64,000 nucleotides of DNA from an uncultured Veillonellaceae bacterium (GCA_963805085.1 CAWDTA010000004.1:160001-224000); one strand, 5' to 3'. Positions 1 to 14,078 are shown, numbered from the stretch's first letter. Numbers and translations are program-made. Notes: generated by a model from the letters alone, not told the origin.

Positions 1-1528
<1,528 letters not shown>

Positions 1529-1530
1529 TA

Positions 1531-1675
1531 TCGTACTCTTCGAACACGTCTATAAACGCACATTTGCTTCGTTGCTCCTCGGTAAAATCACTCGACGTAA
1601 TTTTCATTACGACTCGCGCTTTTCCCTGCGGTGCGCCTTGCAACTGTACATTTCTAGTCTGTTCTAGTTTTGTAC
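1531..1675. repeat. Palindromic REP/MITE-like element in the 16S-23S spacer
   Basis: Nested imperfect palindrome with core CTCGACGTA-N6-TACGACTCG and TGCGCCTTGCAACTG; same layout as the interior of the 16833-17074 element. Confidence 0.5.
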
Positions 1676-1930
1676 TAAAATCAAATAGCCATTAAGTTAT
1701 ACTTAAATGCTTAATTTAATCTTTTTGAATCCTAAAATGCTCGTTAATTTACTCTCACTTCTGAGAGGTACTTTAAAACTTAAAATACATTTTATTTTCT
1801 TCTGTGTAGTTTTCAAAGAACATGTTGCAACTTTGCTGTTGCTAGTGGGATACATATAATATCATATATACCTGTTTGTTACAACCGGTAGTTTATGGCA
1901 GTTTTCTGTATTCCCTTTAAGTTGTTTTAA

Positions 1931-2006
1931 TGGTGGAGACAAGCGGGATCGAACCGCTGACCCCCTGCTTGCAAGGCAGGTGCTCTCCCAGCTGAGCTAT
2001 GCCCCC
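1931..2006 (-). tRNA. tRNA-Ala (UGC)
   Basis: Reverse complement GGGGGCATAGCTCAGCTGGGAGAGCACCTGCCTTGCAAGCAGG...GGTTCGATCCCGCTTGTCTCCACCA; 76 nt, anticodon TGC, encoded CCA. Confidence 0.98.
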
Positions 2007-2167
2007 ATATAACAGTTAGCAATCCTTCGATTGCTAATATTGAAAAACTATATTAAGTTATTCAATCGAGACAATACTTTCGTATTCCCTCAAAACTAAA
2101 CAATGTAAATGAATTAATTAGATGTGTCGACCTCGGATTACGAAAGTACATTTAAACTTTCATATCT

Positions 2168-3841
<1,674 letters not shown>

Positions 3842-4052
3842 AATTTATTAGAAAGCCTAAAAGGCTCTTTAAATTCTTTGTTTCTTTATAATAAAGAAAT
3901 TGACTCGCGATTCAAGAACCGCGACGCAGCATCTCTGCTGCTAGTACTGACAGTTCACGAAGAACTGTGCAGTGCACATCTGGCATTAATTTTTTCTACA
4001 TTGTTTAGTTTTCAGAGAACACTTGCTAACGTCTTGCGTTGTCAGCTCATTT

Positions 4053-4185
4053 ATATTAACAGAACTAAAAGTAATTGTCAATATGTTTTTTGATTCTTTC
4101 TAAGAAATCGTGTCGTACATTGCAGTAATAAGTAACTGTCACTGGCGACTTGCTTATAGTATCATAAATAAAATATTAATGTCAA
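4053..4185 (-). promoter_or_regulatory. Tandem rRNA promoters P1/P2
   Basis: TTGACA-18-TACTAT (4185-4156, with TG extension) and TTGACA-17-TAATAT (4081-4053), upstream of 16S. Confidence 0.75.
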
Positions 4186-4210
4186 CACCTTTTGAAAAAA
4201 AAGTGACAGC

Positions 4211-5107
4211 TTATTGCTTTTTTATATTCTCTTTTTCACTTGCTAATGAAATGAACGCTCGCATAGCGACTGTTACGTATTTTTTCTTGAGATAAATGAG
4301 TTGTCTCTGCATATTAAATTTGCATTCAGCAATATCTAAAATGACTAACTCCTGATTTGCCACTTCTTTTTCAACTGTCATCAAAGGTAACAACGTAATC
4401 CCTAAATTACTTTTAACAAAGCTCTTTATTGTTTCAATATTACCAACTTCTAATAAAATATGCGGTTGTACCTCATTTTTATTAAATATTTCTTCTAACG
4501 CACAACGATAACTACAGCCTTGCTCTGTAAGAATCAAAGATTCCGTTGCAAGATCTTGCACAGTTAAGCTATTTTTATTTTTAAGCCGATTGCTGGCTGC
4601 TGCGACAATGACCATGGGTTCATTTAAAGATAAACTTGATGTGAATTCTTCTTCTTTAACTGCCTGATCCAAAATAAAAACGACATCAACCATATTATTT
4701 TTGAGCATTGTTCTGAGTTCGGAACAAAAGCCTAATTTAATAACAATATCTACTTCTGGATATTGCACATGATACGTTTTAAGTAACGCTGGTAATCTCA
4801 TTGTACAAATAGATTCTACTACCCCTATTCTTAGTGTTCCTTTTGGAGTATTGCTTTCATCTATAGAATCTTTCGCTTTATCAGTAAGTGCTATGATTTT
4901 ATTAACGTATTGCAAAAAGATACTACCATGCGCGGTAAGTTCCACGCGCCTGCCGATTCTTTCAAATAATTTTGTTCCCAACTCTTGCTCTAAAAGCTGA
5001 ATTTGTGTCGTAATGGTTGATTGCGCGTAACCTAAAGTTTCTGCTGTTTTTGAAAAGCTTTTATATTGCGCTATTTTCGCAAACGTTTTTAAATTTTTCA
5101 ATTCCAT
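4211..5107 (-). CDS. LysR-family transcriptional regulator
   Basis: N-terminal HTH (SFSKTAETLGYAQSTITTQIQLLEQELG) and LysR substrate domain; divergent from a permease gene. Confidence 0.95.
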   Translation of the reverse strand: MELKNLKTFAKIAQYKSFSKTAETLGYAQSTITTQIQLLEQELGTKLFERIGRRVELTAHGSIFLQYVNKIIALTDKAKDSIDESNTPKGTLRIGVVESICTMRLPALLKTYHVQYPEVDIVIKLGFCSELRTMLKNNMVDVVFILDQAVKEEEFTSSLSLNEPMVIVAAASNRLKNKNSLTVQDLATESLILTEQGCSYRCALEEIFNKNEVQPHILLEVGNIETIKSFVKSNLGITLLPLMTVEKEVANQELVILDIAECKFNMQRQLIYLKKKYVTVAMRAFISLASEKENIKKQ

Positions 5108-5259
5108 ACTTTCATCACCTCTTTTAATTCATCAATAAAATTGAACTATAGATTCGAATAATTCAATTTTATTGAATTCATTTTTTATGCTATTATAAAT
5201 TCACAATTGATTCAATGCATTTTATTAATTTGTTATATAAGGAATTGGGGGATTGCACT

Positions 5260-6513
5260 ATGGCAAAAACAAAATTAAAAATGGTATTAACTTGGAAAGA
5301 AGGCTGTACACTATCAATTTCAGCTGTCATTGGCTGTGGTATCTTAATATTACCAGCCTTAACCGCACAGCAAGCCGGTCCTGCTTCACTCTTGGTCTGG
5401 CTGGTCATATCTTTACTTTCTTTCCCGATTGTGTTTGTTTTAAGCAAATTAGCGGCAAAGATTCCAAAAGCCGGTGGGATTTCTTCTTATGCTGAAAATG
5501 CGTTTGGTGCAAGAAGCGGGATGATTACAAGTTGGATTCTAATGGGTTCTATTCCAATCGGGCTTCCCGCTGTAGCATTAAGTGGCGCTTATTATTTGGG
5601 TTATATCATTCCACTGAGTTTTACACAATTGATTCTAGTGGCAGCATTTATGCTTTATCTTTCCATTTTTTTAAATATCCAAGGAATTGATCTTTCTTCA
5701 AAAATCAGCTCTAGTATTGTTACGCTGATTATCATCATTCTTTTTATCGTAGTTTTATGTTCCCTTCCCCACGTGAGTCTAAGCAACTTTATTCCTTTCA
5801 TGCCTTATGGTAACGCATCAGTGATATCGCTTTTCCCTTTAATCTTTTTTGCTTTTGCTGGCTTTGAATTAATCTGTCCCTTAGCGGAAGAATTTAAAAA
5901 TCCAGCGCGCGATATTCCGATTAGTCTATTTTTATCGGCTTTATTTATTACACTTCTTTATCTATCTATTTCTTGGGTGACGATTGGCACCAATATATAT
6001 AACACACCAAATTCTATTACAGCGTTAAGCTCACTGATTGCTTTATCCTTTGGTAGAACGACTGGTTCGCTCATCGCTATTTTAACTATTCTAATTACCT
6101 TTTGCTCTGTTCACGCCAATATCGCTGGTTTTTCACGAATTATTTTTCACGAAGCGCGCGATGGTGAGTTTCCAAAGCTATTAGCAAGCATACACCCAAA
6201 ATATAAAACTCCCATCAATGCCATCTTCGCATTAGCAATTGCTTTTGCTGTCGTCTTATTTTGTTTCACCTTTTTTATTCCCGATTTAAATCAATTACTT
6301 AAATTTCCTGGCTCAGTATTTTTGTTTTCTTATGTGATTTCAATGGCCGCTGGAATAAAACTATTAGACAAATGGTCGATCGGCTGGTTTTGTGCTTGCG
6401 CTACATTTTGTATCTGTAGTCTATTATTTTTAAGTAGTGGGCTGATCTGTTTATTTCCTGTGACTTTAGGTTTGCTTGGCTTTTGTTATTTGAAAATAAA
6501 AGCTGCCCTTTAA
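5260..6513 (+). CDS. APC-family amino acid permease (YjeH-like exporter)
   Basis: IGCGILILP, FFAFAGFE, AEEFKNP and ARDGEFP motifs; multiple TM helices; ATG at 5260 after GGGGA. Confidence 0.88.
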   Translation: MAKTKLKMVLTWKEGCTLSISAVIGCGILILPALTAQQAGPASLLVWLVISLLSFPIVFVLSKLAAKIPKAGGISSYAENAFGARSGMITSWILMGSIPIGLPAVALSGAYYLGYIIPLSFTQLILVAAFMLYLSIFLNIQGIDLSSKISSSIVTLIIIILFIVVLCSLPHVSLSNFIPFMPYGNASVISLFPLIFFAFAGFELICPLAEEFKNPARDIPISLFLSALFITLLYLSISWVTIGTNIYNTPNSITALSSLIALSFGRTTGSLIAILTILITFCSVHANIAGFSRIIFHEARDGEFPKLLASIHPKYKTPINAIFALAIAFAVVLFCFTFFIPDLNQLLKFPGSVFLFSYVISMAAGIKLLDKWSIGWFCACATFCICSLLFLSSGLICLFPVTLGLLGFCYLKIKAAL

Positions 6514-6551
6514 CATAATAATAAAACAGCCAACATCATGAGCCTGAAAAG

Positions 6552-6821
6552 CTACTGAATGTCGGCTGTTTTATTGTTATGGGCAGAAATTAATTTTAAT
6601 TTTTCTGCCCTATTTAATTGTTTAATTGCATACTCACGTTGTTGTGCTTCTATTTTAGTAAAAAAGCTTTCAACGTAAACAAGTTTTACTGGCAAGCGAT
6701 TTCTCGTATACTTTGCTCCTTTTTTCGTATTATGCGCTAAGACTCGCTTTTCTACATCAATCGTCCAGCCAGTATACAATGTTTTGTCGGCACATTCTAC
6801 GATATAAGTAAACGCGTTCAC
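6552..6821 (-). CDS. GIY-YIG nuclease (UPF0213/YazA-like)
   Basis: YIVECADKTLYTGWT...HN..KGAKYTR motif. Confidence 0.92.
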   Translation of the reverse strand: MNAFTYIVECADKTLYTGWTIDVEKRVLAHNTKKGAKYTRNRLPVKLVYVESFFTKIEAQQREYAIKQLNRAEKLKLISAHNNKTADIQ

Positions 6822-7459
6822 TATTTATTTTCTGTAATCGTGATTTTATTGATAACAACATCTGCTACTGGTTTATCATTAGGCCCAGTCTTCACTTGAC
6901 CGATTTTTTTTACGACATCTAAACCATCAACGACTTTACCAAATACAGAATGTTTACCATCTAACCATGGAGTTTTTACCAAAGTGATAAAAAATTGCGA
7001 ACCACCTGTGTTAGGCCCAGAATTAGCCATAGATAAAACACCAGCACTATCATGACGTAAGTCAGGATTAAATTCATCTGGTATGGTGTAGCCCGGACCA
7101 CCTGTACCATTACCATTTGGATCGCCACCTTGGATCATAAAAGCATCAATAACCCGATGGAATATGAGCCCATTGTAAAATCCTTTTTCAACTAAAGTAA
7201 TAAAGTTTTTTGTTGTGATTGGCGCCTTGTCTTCAAACAATTCAATACTAAACTGCCCTTGATTCGTATCAAAAACAGCAATGCGATTCTTTTGCGTGCT
7301 TGCCTCTTTTGGCGCTTGCGCCATATCACTGTATTTCATCCCATTACTCAGTCCCGAACCATTTTGTTCTTCTTGCTTTTGACTGCTATTACCAAAACAG
7401 CCCACTGTCACAAGTAACATCATACTCACCATTAAAAATATAAGACCTTTTTTCTTCAT
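6821..7459 (-). CDS. Cyclophilin-type peptidyl-prolyl isomerase, lipoprotein
   Basis: FHRVIDAFMIQGGDP and SMANSGPNTGGSQFFIT; lipobox-like TVGC; ATG at 7459 after GGAGGAG. Confidence 0.93.
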   Translation of the reverse strand: MKKKGLIFLMVSMMLLVTVGCFGNSSQKQEEQNGSGLSNGMKYSDMAQAPKEASTQKNRIAVFDTNQGQFSIELFEDKAPITTKNFITLVEKGFYNGLIFHRVIDAFMIQGGDPNGNGTGGPGYTIPDEFNPDLRHDSAGVLSMANSGPNTGGSQFFITLVKTPWLDGKHSVFGKVVDGLDVVKKIGQVKTGPNDKPVADVVINKITITENK

Positions 7460-7472
7460 CGTATTACTCCTC

Positions 7473-8186
7473 CTATTTTGTAATTTTCCTTTGCTCGCCC
7501 GATTCGATCGGGCACCAGGTAGGGATTGCCTTACTTTCTGTAAAAAAATCAGCGTTTGGCGTCCATACAGGTCCGCGCCTATGCATTGCAATCAAATAAT
7601 TCACTTTTGTCTCTTTGCAAAATTCTTTTGCCCCAAGATCACAAAATTCTTCTAACCGACTATCAACCGGAAAAAAAGCAATGTCAGCGATTAACCCAGA
7701 CATTTTTTTAAGTTGCTTTTTAAATCGATTTCTGGCAAATTTTATATTTTCTTCAGTTTCGCCTTTCCAATGCCACCAATTAAAATCACCAGCATGGAAA
7801 ATGCGCCAGCCATCCACTTCTACCAGAAATGAAATACCTTCATCCGTAGAACTATAGGTCTTTACTTGCAACGTTTCACTTGCATAGTTATCATAGGTAT
7901 TCAAATACACGGTTTTTTCTCGTGGCAGCTTTTTGGCGCCTGATTCTCCTTCAATATCAAAGCTCAAAATATATTGGTTCACGTTATCAGCAAATTGACG
8001 AATTAACGGATTGAAATGATCAAAATGGCGATGTGAACTAAACATATAAACGGTATCGCTTTGTGCTATCAAATTCGGAATGATATTTTCTGGATCAAGA
8101 TAATAATCAAAAATCAACAATGTTTTTCCTATTTTTACAGAAAATCCACTATTCAGTAAATAGGAAACTACCACTTCATTTGTCAT
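7473..8186 (-). CDS. MBL-fold metal-dependent hydrolase
   Basis: SHRHFDH, FHAGD and AMH motifs. Confidence 0.88.
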   Translation of the reverse strand: MTNEVVVSYLLNSGFSVKIGKTLLIFDYYLDPENIIPNLIAQSDTVYMFSSHRHFDHFNPLIRQFADNVNQYILSFDIEGESGAKKLPREKTVYLNTYDNYASETLQVKTYSSTDEGISFLVEVDGWRIFHAGDFNWWHWKGETEENIKFARNRFKKQLKKMSGLIADIAFFPVDSRLEEFCDLGAKEFCKETKVNYLIAMHRRGPVWTPNADFFTESKAIPTWCPIESGEQRKITK

Positions 8187-8197
8187 CGTTTTCTCCC

Positions 8198-8692
8198 CTA
8201 TGCTTTACGCGTAAATTCATGAAATAAATTTCTAATCGGTGTTTGATAAATCACATATGCAAGGGTACTGCCGCCCAAGGTACTGACTAAGAATGGGATG
8301 ACAAAGAAAAATGCCCCTACATTCGAATCCAATAAAAATTTTGCCATTGGGTATGCAACAAGACCGCCTATGATTCCAGTACCAACCACTTCACCTAGAA
8401 TTGCACCATAGATACTATGCGTCCTTTTATATAACATTCCTGCCAAAGTCGCACCAATGATACTACCGGGAAAGGCCAAGATAGAACCAGTTCCCAAAAC
8501 ATTTCTCAGCAGCGATATTCCAAATGCCGCACCAGTTGCATAACGCGTTCCCAAGAGCACTGTTAACAAGACATTAATCGCATGCTGCACTGGAAAACAC
8601 TTTGCAAAGCCGACTGGAATATATACCAAGTGTGCTGAAAGCACACCAATTGCCATAAACATTGCGGTAATGGTCATTTTTTTTAAATTCAT
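8198..8692 (-). CDS. thiW: ECF thiazole transporter S component ThiW
   Basis: AKCFPVQHAINVL and LAFPGSIIGA motifs; directly downstream of thiM. Confidence 0.92.
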   Translation of the reverse strand: MNLKKMTITAMFMAIGVLSAHLVYIPVGFAKCFPVQHAINVLLTVLLGTRYATGAAFGISLLRNVLGTGSILAFPGSIIGATLAGMLYKRTHSIYGAILGEVVGTGIIGGLVAYPMAKFLLDSNVGAFFFVIPFLVSTLGGSTLAYVIYQTPIRNLFHEFTRKA

Positions 8693-8702
8693 GTTTCTCC
8701 TC

Positions 8703-9506
8703 CTACTCGGTAACTCTCGCATATCTTTTGATGATATCATCATTTAGATTGAAGATCGCATCCATCAATCTAACTTTAAAGGTACCAATTCCTTCATTTT
8801 CCAAAAGCGATTCTACGGCAACCTCCCCAGCGATTCCCATACTCAACACACCAGATACGGCACCGACAAAAGTATCACCAACCGCACAATAACTTGCTAC
8901 TAAAGCTGTCGTCATACAGCCAGTACCAGTAACGCGCGTTAAAAAAGTATGCCCATTATGTATATGACAATGTTTGTCTTTGCAAGCAATAATATCTACT
9001 TGCCCTGTAACTGCTACCACACCATCAATTTGTTTAGCCAAGGCCTTAGCTGCCGTTTCTCCGCCATCACTTAGAGCGATAGAATCAACCCCCTTCACCT
9101 CGGTATCCAAACCACACAATACTTTTAATTCTGACATATTGCAGCGTATGACATCCGGTTTCACCTCAGCAATGATCCGTTTGGCAACTTCAGTGCGGTA
9201 CATTGTCGCTCCGACTCCAACTGGATCAAAAACAACTGGAATTCTCAGTGATTTAGCCCTATTTCCCGCGATGATCATAGCTTCTACTGTTTGTGAACTT
9301 AAAGTGCCAATATTGAGTACTAATGCTCTCGCATGACTTACCATCTCTGCAACTTCATTTACATCTTGCGCCATGACTGGTGAAGCACCAATTGCTAAAG
9401 TTATATTTGCACAATCATTTACACTAACATAATTGGTTATTTGATGAATCAGTGGACTGTCTTGTCTTACCTTATGTAACCTATTTGTCATTTGTTTTAT
9501 CATCAT
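8703..9506 (-). CDS. thiM: Hydroxyethylthiazole kinase
   Basis: ITNYVSVNDCAN, GASPVMA, DPVGVGA and VTGTGC motifs. Confidence 0.95.
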   Translation of the reverse strand: MMIKQMTNRLHKVRQDSPLIHQITNYVSVNDCANITLAIGASPVMAQDVNEVAEMVSHARALVLNIGTLSSQTVEAMIIAGNRAKSLRIPVVFDPVGVGATMYRTEVAKRIIAEVKPDVIRCNMSELKVLCGLDTEVKGVDSIALSDGGETAAKALAKQIDGVVAVTGQVDIIACKDKHCHIHNGHTFLTRVTGTGCMTTALVASYCAVGDTFVGAVSGVLSMGIAGEVAVESLLENEGIGTFKVRLMDAIFNLNDDIIKRYARVTE

Positions 9507-9632
9507 ATCTAAACTCCTATTTATAAAAAAATAACACTTAACTTTAATATTATAATACAAAATTTATAATATAGCCGCATAAAAAATAAAAATACACCTA
9601 TTTTTCGTTAGGTGCATCAAAAATATTTGAAA

Positions 9633-10925
9633 TCACGCTACAAATATTTGAGTGAACAACAATATAGTCAACGCAATAATAAGAATCGTAAAAATCCACG
9701 CAACAGCATGATATAGGCGATTATTCTTATAGCTTCCCATAATTTTTTTATCATTAGACAAGAGCAATATAAAAATTAAAATAGGGGAAATCAGCATTCC
9801 ATTTAATACTTGTGAAAGTAGCATAACACTATATAGAGAAATATTTGGCATTAAAACCAAACCGGCACCTATAACAATCAATACTGTATAAACAATAAAA
9901 AATACCGGTGCCTCTCGATACGTTTTATTAATTCCATACACCAATCCCATGACTTCACAAATTGCATACGCCGTACTCAATGGTAAAATCACCGCCGCTA
10001 ATAGCGCTGCGCCCAATAGACCACCATTGAATAATACACTCGCATATGCCCCTGCAAATGGTTCTAAAACAATTGCTGCTTCTTCAACATTTTCTATCAT
10101 ATAAGGATGACCATATAACGCTGTGGCGGTTGTAATTAAAATAAAAAAAGCAATTAATCCCGTAAAAAAAGTTCCTACAATAATATCTATACAAGTATAC
10201 CAATAATCTTTAACAGTGATTCCTTTATCAACAATAGCCGCCTGCATATAAAATTGTCCCCATGGCGTAATTGTTGTACCAATAATTCCTAGCGCTGTAA
10301 ACAAATAAGCACTATCTTGATGAAAAGTCGGTACAAAAGTTGCGGTGAGTACTGCGGGCCATGATGGCTCAACTAGAACACCAGCAATGATGTAACTAAA
10401 AAAAGTAGCGCATAGCAAAAAGAACACCTTTTCGACGTAATTATAATTTGCCTTCACAACCAAAAACCAAATAAAGAAAGCAACAAATGGTACCGCGATA
10501 TATTTGCTAATAGAAAAAAAGGTACAACTCAATACAATGCCTGAAAATTCTGAAGCTGTCGTTCCTATATTTGCTATGAGGAAAAGAACCATTACTAAGA
10601 CAGCAGAGCGTTTTCCATACCGCTCGTGGATGAGTACAAATAGGCCTTTCCCCGTAACAATCCCAATACGTGCTGATATTTCTTGCATGACACCTAAGCA
10701 AATCGTGCTAATCAACAAGACAAACAATAAGGCATAGCCATACTTTGCTCCCGCCGTAATATAAGTAGCAATCCCACCAGCATCATTATCTGCGAATGCT
10801 GTGATAATCCCTGGTCCCATGACAGCAAAAAATACAGCTACTTTTTCACGAAACGTTTTGGGCGGGATCTGTATATTTCTTAGCCAGTTCCTTGCAAAAC
10901 TACCAATAAATTTTCGTTCCTTCAC
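9633..10925 (-). CDS. NRAMP-related divalent metal transporter (NRMT-like, probably Mg2+)
   Basis: GPGIITAFADNDAGG in place of the MntH DPGN motif, and GTTITPW. Confidence 0.85.
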   Translation of the reverse strand: MKERKFIGSFARNWLRNIQIPPKTFREKVAVFFAVMGPGIITAFADNDAGGIATYITAGAKYGYALLFVLLISTICLGVMQEISARIGIVTGKGLFVLIHERYGKRSAVLVMVLFLIANIGTTASEFSGIVLSCTFFSISKYIAVPFVAFFIWFLVVKANYNYVEKVFFLLCATFFSYIIAGVLVEPSWPAVLTATFVPTFHQDSAYLFTALGIIGTTITPWGQFYMQAAIVDKGITVKDYWYTCIDIIVGTFFTGLIAFFILITTATALYGHPYMIENVEEAAIVLEPFAGAYASVLFNGGLLGAALLAAVILPLSTAYAICEVMGLVYGINKTYREAPVFFIVYTVLIVIGAGLVLMPNISLYSVMLLSQVLNGMLISPILIFILLLSNDKKIMGSYKNNRLYHAVAWIFTILIIALTILLFTQIFVA

Positions 10926-11056
10926 CCCACCACCCCCATACTATTTGTCATGATAACAAAAGGGACATTACAATTTAATTTTGTAACATCCCCTTTACGC
11001 CAAGATTACGCGCTCATTTCATATCTCATTCTATGTGGTGGTCTAGCAGATTGCGC

Positions 11057-11314
11057 TTATTTTCTTCTTCTCTTCTTACTGGATAAAATTATTTTACTCG
11101 TTTTATTTTCCTTTACCGTACTCATTTCTTGGTCGTCACCTTTTTTATAGGCGGTATAATATTTAAAACCAATCAAAATCGCACAAAAAACTAACATAAC
11201 ATCAAGAACTGTTTGCATTGTACCGCCAGTTGGCCACTGCCTCGTACTTAAATGCCAAATAAAGAGAGCGGCAAATACGACATCATTAAATTTCCCCATA
11301 TTAATTTTATTCAT
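11057..11314 (-). CDS. Small membrane protein, unknown function
   Basis: GAGG RBS, two hydrophobic segments and a basic tail; follows ade. Confidence 0.6.
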   Translation of the reverse strand: MNKINMGKFNDVVFAALFIWHLSTRQWPTGGTMQTVLDVMLVFCAILIGFKYYTAYKKGDDQEMSTVKENKTSKIILSSKKRRRK

Positions 11315-11324
11315 ATGAAAAACC

Positions 11325-13052
11325 TCACTTCTCAGTTGATTCGATTGCTACTGGCACTAATTTGAAGGCATTACCATCTACCAAACCTAAATCGGTCAAT
11401 TTTAATTCAGGAATAACTGGCAAACTCAAAAAGGCTAGCGTTAAAAATGGATCATAGCAATCACGAATACCTAAGGAATATGCTAATTCCTTTAATTTTC
11501 CAACTTGCTTTGCAACTGTATGCACATCTTGATCCGACATTAAGCCTCCAATTGGCAAAGCTAATGAATCCAAGACTTTACCATCAAGCGTAACAGCAAT
11601 ACCACCCTGAATTTTTTCCAATTCCTTGGCTGCAACTAAAATATCTTCATCATTCGTACCAATCACGATTAAATTATGGGAATCATGGGCAACGGTGGAA
11701 GCAATCGCCCCACGGTTTAGACCAAAACCATGAACTAAGCCCACGCCTATATTTCCCAGACAATTATGGCGTTCAAATACCACTAATTTTAAAATATCCT
11801 TTTTCACATTTATAGCAAAAAAGCCATCTTCCCGATCAACTTCCATTTCTAAGGCTTTGGTTACGATTTGATGTGGCACCAAGCCAATGACCCGAGCTCG
11901 CTTCGTTGGAGCGGAAATACGTAATTTCGTTTGGTCAATTTCTGCTAAATGCATCGTTTCTTTGATTTTTTTACTGGCGATATCTTTGCCCTCAAACAAT
12001 GGTGCATTGTCTCTGGCTACGACAACTCCATTTTTCAAAACGAGCATTGGCTGCCAGCTTTTTAAATCATCAAACACCAAAATATCGGCCTTATAGTTTG
12101 GTGCAATCGCCCCAATTTCATCAAGGTTAAAATAGCTTGCCGCATTGATCGTTGACATCTGTAAAACAGTCGGTAAGTCTACCCCTGCTTCGACCGCCAA
12201 GCGAACCATGTTATTGATATGACCTTCGGCAATCAAATCAGCGGGATGACGATCATCAGCAGCAAACAAACAAAATTGCGAAGTGTATTTATTAATCGCC
12301 GGTAATAAATTCAATAAATTTTTTGCCGCTGAACCTTCGCGAATCATCACATGCATACCAGCACGTAATCGGTCTAAGGCCTCTTCTGGTGTCACACATT
12401 CATGATCGGACTTAATGCCAGCCGCGGCATAGGCCATTAAATCATTGCCGCTTACCCCTGGTGCATGTCCATCGATTTTTTTATTTTCCGCTAAAATTAA
12501 CTTCTCAATGACCTTGCTATCGCGATAAATAACACCTGGATAATTCATCATTTCCCCCAAGCCCAATACCCGAGGATGATTGATAAACTTTTCTAAATCA
12601 GCCGCAAAGAGCTCAGCACCGGAATTTTCTAAATTGCTGGCCGGTACACAAGATGGCAGCATAACATAAACCGATAACGGCAAATCTTCCGTTGCATCTA
12701 ATATATAGTCAATCCCATCCAGACCTGCAACATTGGCAATTTCATGGGGGTCAGCAACAATCGTCGTCGTTCCTGTCGGTAAAACCGCTCGAGCAAACTC
12801 AATGGGACTGAGCATCGAACTTTCAATATGTACATGTCCATCAATAAAACCAGGCGTAAGGTATTTACCTGTTAAATCAATTTCATTTTCCCCTGTATAT
12901 TCGCCAATACCAGCAATATAACCATCCACGATCGCTATGTCACCTTTGATAAATTCGCCAGTAAACACATTAAAAGCCTGTGCATTTTTCAGCACCAAAT
13001 CGGCTTGAACAGCCCCTTTGGCCACTCCAATTAGCTTGTTTATATTTTTCAT
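11325..13052 (-). CDS. ade: Adenine deaminase
   Basis: DGHVHIESS, ADPHEIANV, EMMNYPG, DGHAPG and AHDSHN motifs. Confidence 0.96.
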   Translation of the reverse strand: MKNINKLIGVAKGAVQADLVLKNAQAFNVFTGEFIKGDIAIVDGYIAGIGEYTGENEIDLTGKYLTPGFIDGHVHIESSMLSPIEFARAVLPTGTTTIVADPHEIANVAGLDGIDYILDATEDLPLSVYVMLPSCVPASNLENSGAELFAADLEKFINHPRVLGLGEMMNYPGVIYRDSKVIEKLILAENKKIDGHAPGVSGNDLMAYAAAGIKSDHECVTPEEALDRLRAGMHVMIREGSAAKNLLNLLPAINKYTSQFCLFAADDRHPADLIAEGHINNMVRLAVEAGVDLPTVLQMSTINAASYFNLDEIGAIAPNYKADILVFDDLKSWQPMLVLKNGVVVARDNAPLFEGKDIASKKIKETMHLAEIDQTKLRISAPTKRARVIGLVPHQIVTKALEMEVDREDGFFAINVKKDILKLVVFERHNCLGNIGVGLVHGFGLNRGAIASTVAHDSHNLIVIGTNDEDILVAAKELEKIQGGIAVTLDGKVLDSLALPIGGLMSDQDVHTVAKQVGKLKELAYSLGIRDCYDPFLTLAFLSLPVIPELKLTDLGLVDGNAFKLVPVAIESTEK

Positions 13053-13153
13053 TACGATCCACCTATCAAATATACTTAATCATCAACTCATTATAATATA
13101 TTATCAAATAACCCAGCAAAAGCAAAGTAGTATTATAGACAAAAAACTACTGA

Positions 13154-14065
13154 TTACTCAGTAGTTTTTTCATCTAAATTTCTTTGCTTTACACTTTCTG
13201 CAATTTCTGCAATTCTTGTTCCCGGCAAAGTAAAGCCACGTCCCATGACCTCATTTGCATCTTGCACAATCATAAATGCCATTGGATCAATCGCATTGGC
13301 GATAAGTTTTATCTTACCAAATTGAGTGAGGTTGGCTACAACAAAGATAATATCCTTACGCTCACGCGTAAATGCGCCCTCGCCCTTTAAAAAGGTAACA
13401 CCCCGCCCAATTTCACTGATGATTCCATCGGCAATTGCTGCTGCTTGATTAGAAATAATAATAACCGTTTTCTTATTATTAAAACCAGCCGCTACTTTAT
13501 CAGTAAGATCCGAACTAACATACATCGAAATCAAAGTAAACATGGCTAGCTTCACACCAAATAACATTGCTGCCAACGCCATAATCAAACAATTGAAAGC
13601 AAAAATAACACTCCCCATATTTAGTGAATAATATTTCTTTACAATTGCCGCCACAATATCGAGACCACCGGAACTACCATTGGCCCGAAAGATGATCCCA
13701 TAACCAATCCCATTAAAGACGCCGCCATAAATTGCCGCAAGCATAGGATCGTCAACGACATTATAATTAGATAAAAATCTCATGGCATCAATACAAATAG
13801 AAAACAATACCGTGCCAAAAACAACATCCACCGCGTAGATTTTTCCCAATGTTTTATAAGCAGCAATCAAAAGCGGAATATTCATGATAAGCATTTGCAC
13901 CCCAATTGGTAAGGCGAATAAATAGTAGAATATAATGGCAATCCCACTTACGCCACCACTTAATAATTGATGAGGCACTAAAAATAGATTAATTGAAGCA
14001 CTACTAATTAGACAGCCGATTAAAATTAAGCTATAGCGAAATATTTTACTCTTCATCGTAAACAC
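13154..14065 (-). CDS. YitT-family membrane protein
   Basis: SGGVSG, SSGGLD, GRGVT and EVMGRGF motifs. Confidence 0.9.
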   Translation of the reverse strand: MFTMKSKIFRYSLILIGCLISSASINLFLVPHQLLSGGVSGIAIIFYYLFALPIGVQMLIMNIPLLIAAYKTLGKIYAVDVVFGTVLFSICIDAMRFLSNYNVVDDPMLAAIYGGVFNGIGYGIIFRANGSSGGLDIVAAIVKKYYSLNMGSVIFAFNCLIMALAAMLFGVKLAMFTLISMYVSSDLTDKVAAGFNNKKTVIIISNQAAAIADGIISEIGRGVTFLKGEGAFTRERKDIIFVVANLTQFGKIKLIANAIDPMAFMIVQDANEVMGRGFTLPGTRIAEIAESVKQRNLDEKTTE

Positions 14066-14078
14066 CTCAAAATTCTGC

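Noticed and set aside
13053-13153. Purine riboswitch upstream of ade
   Set aside because: Short AT-rich intergenic region without aptamer motifs.
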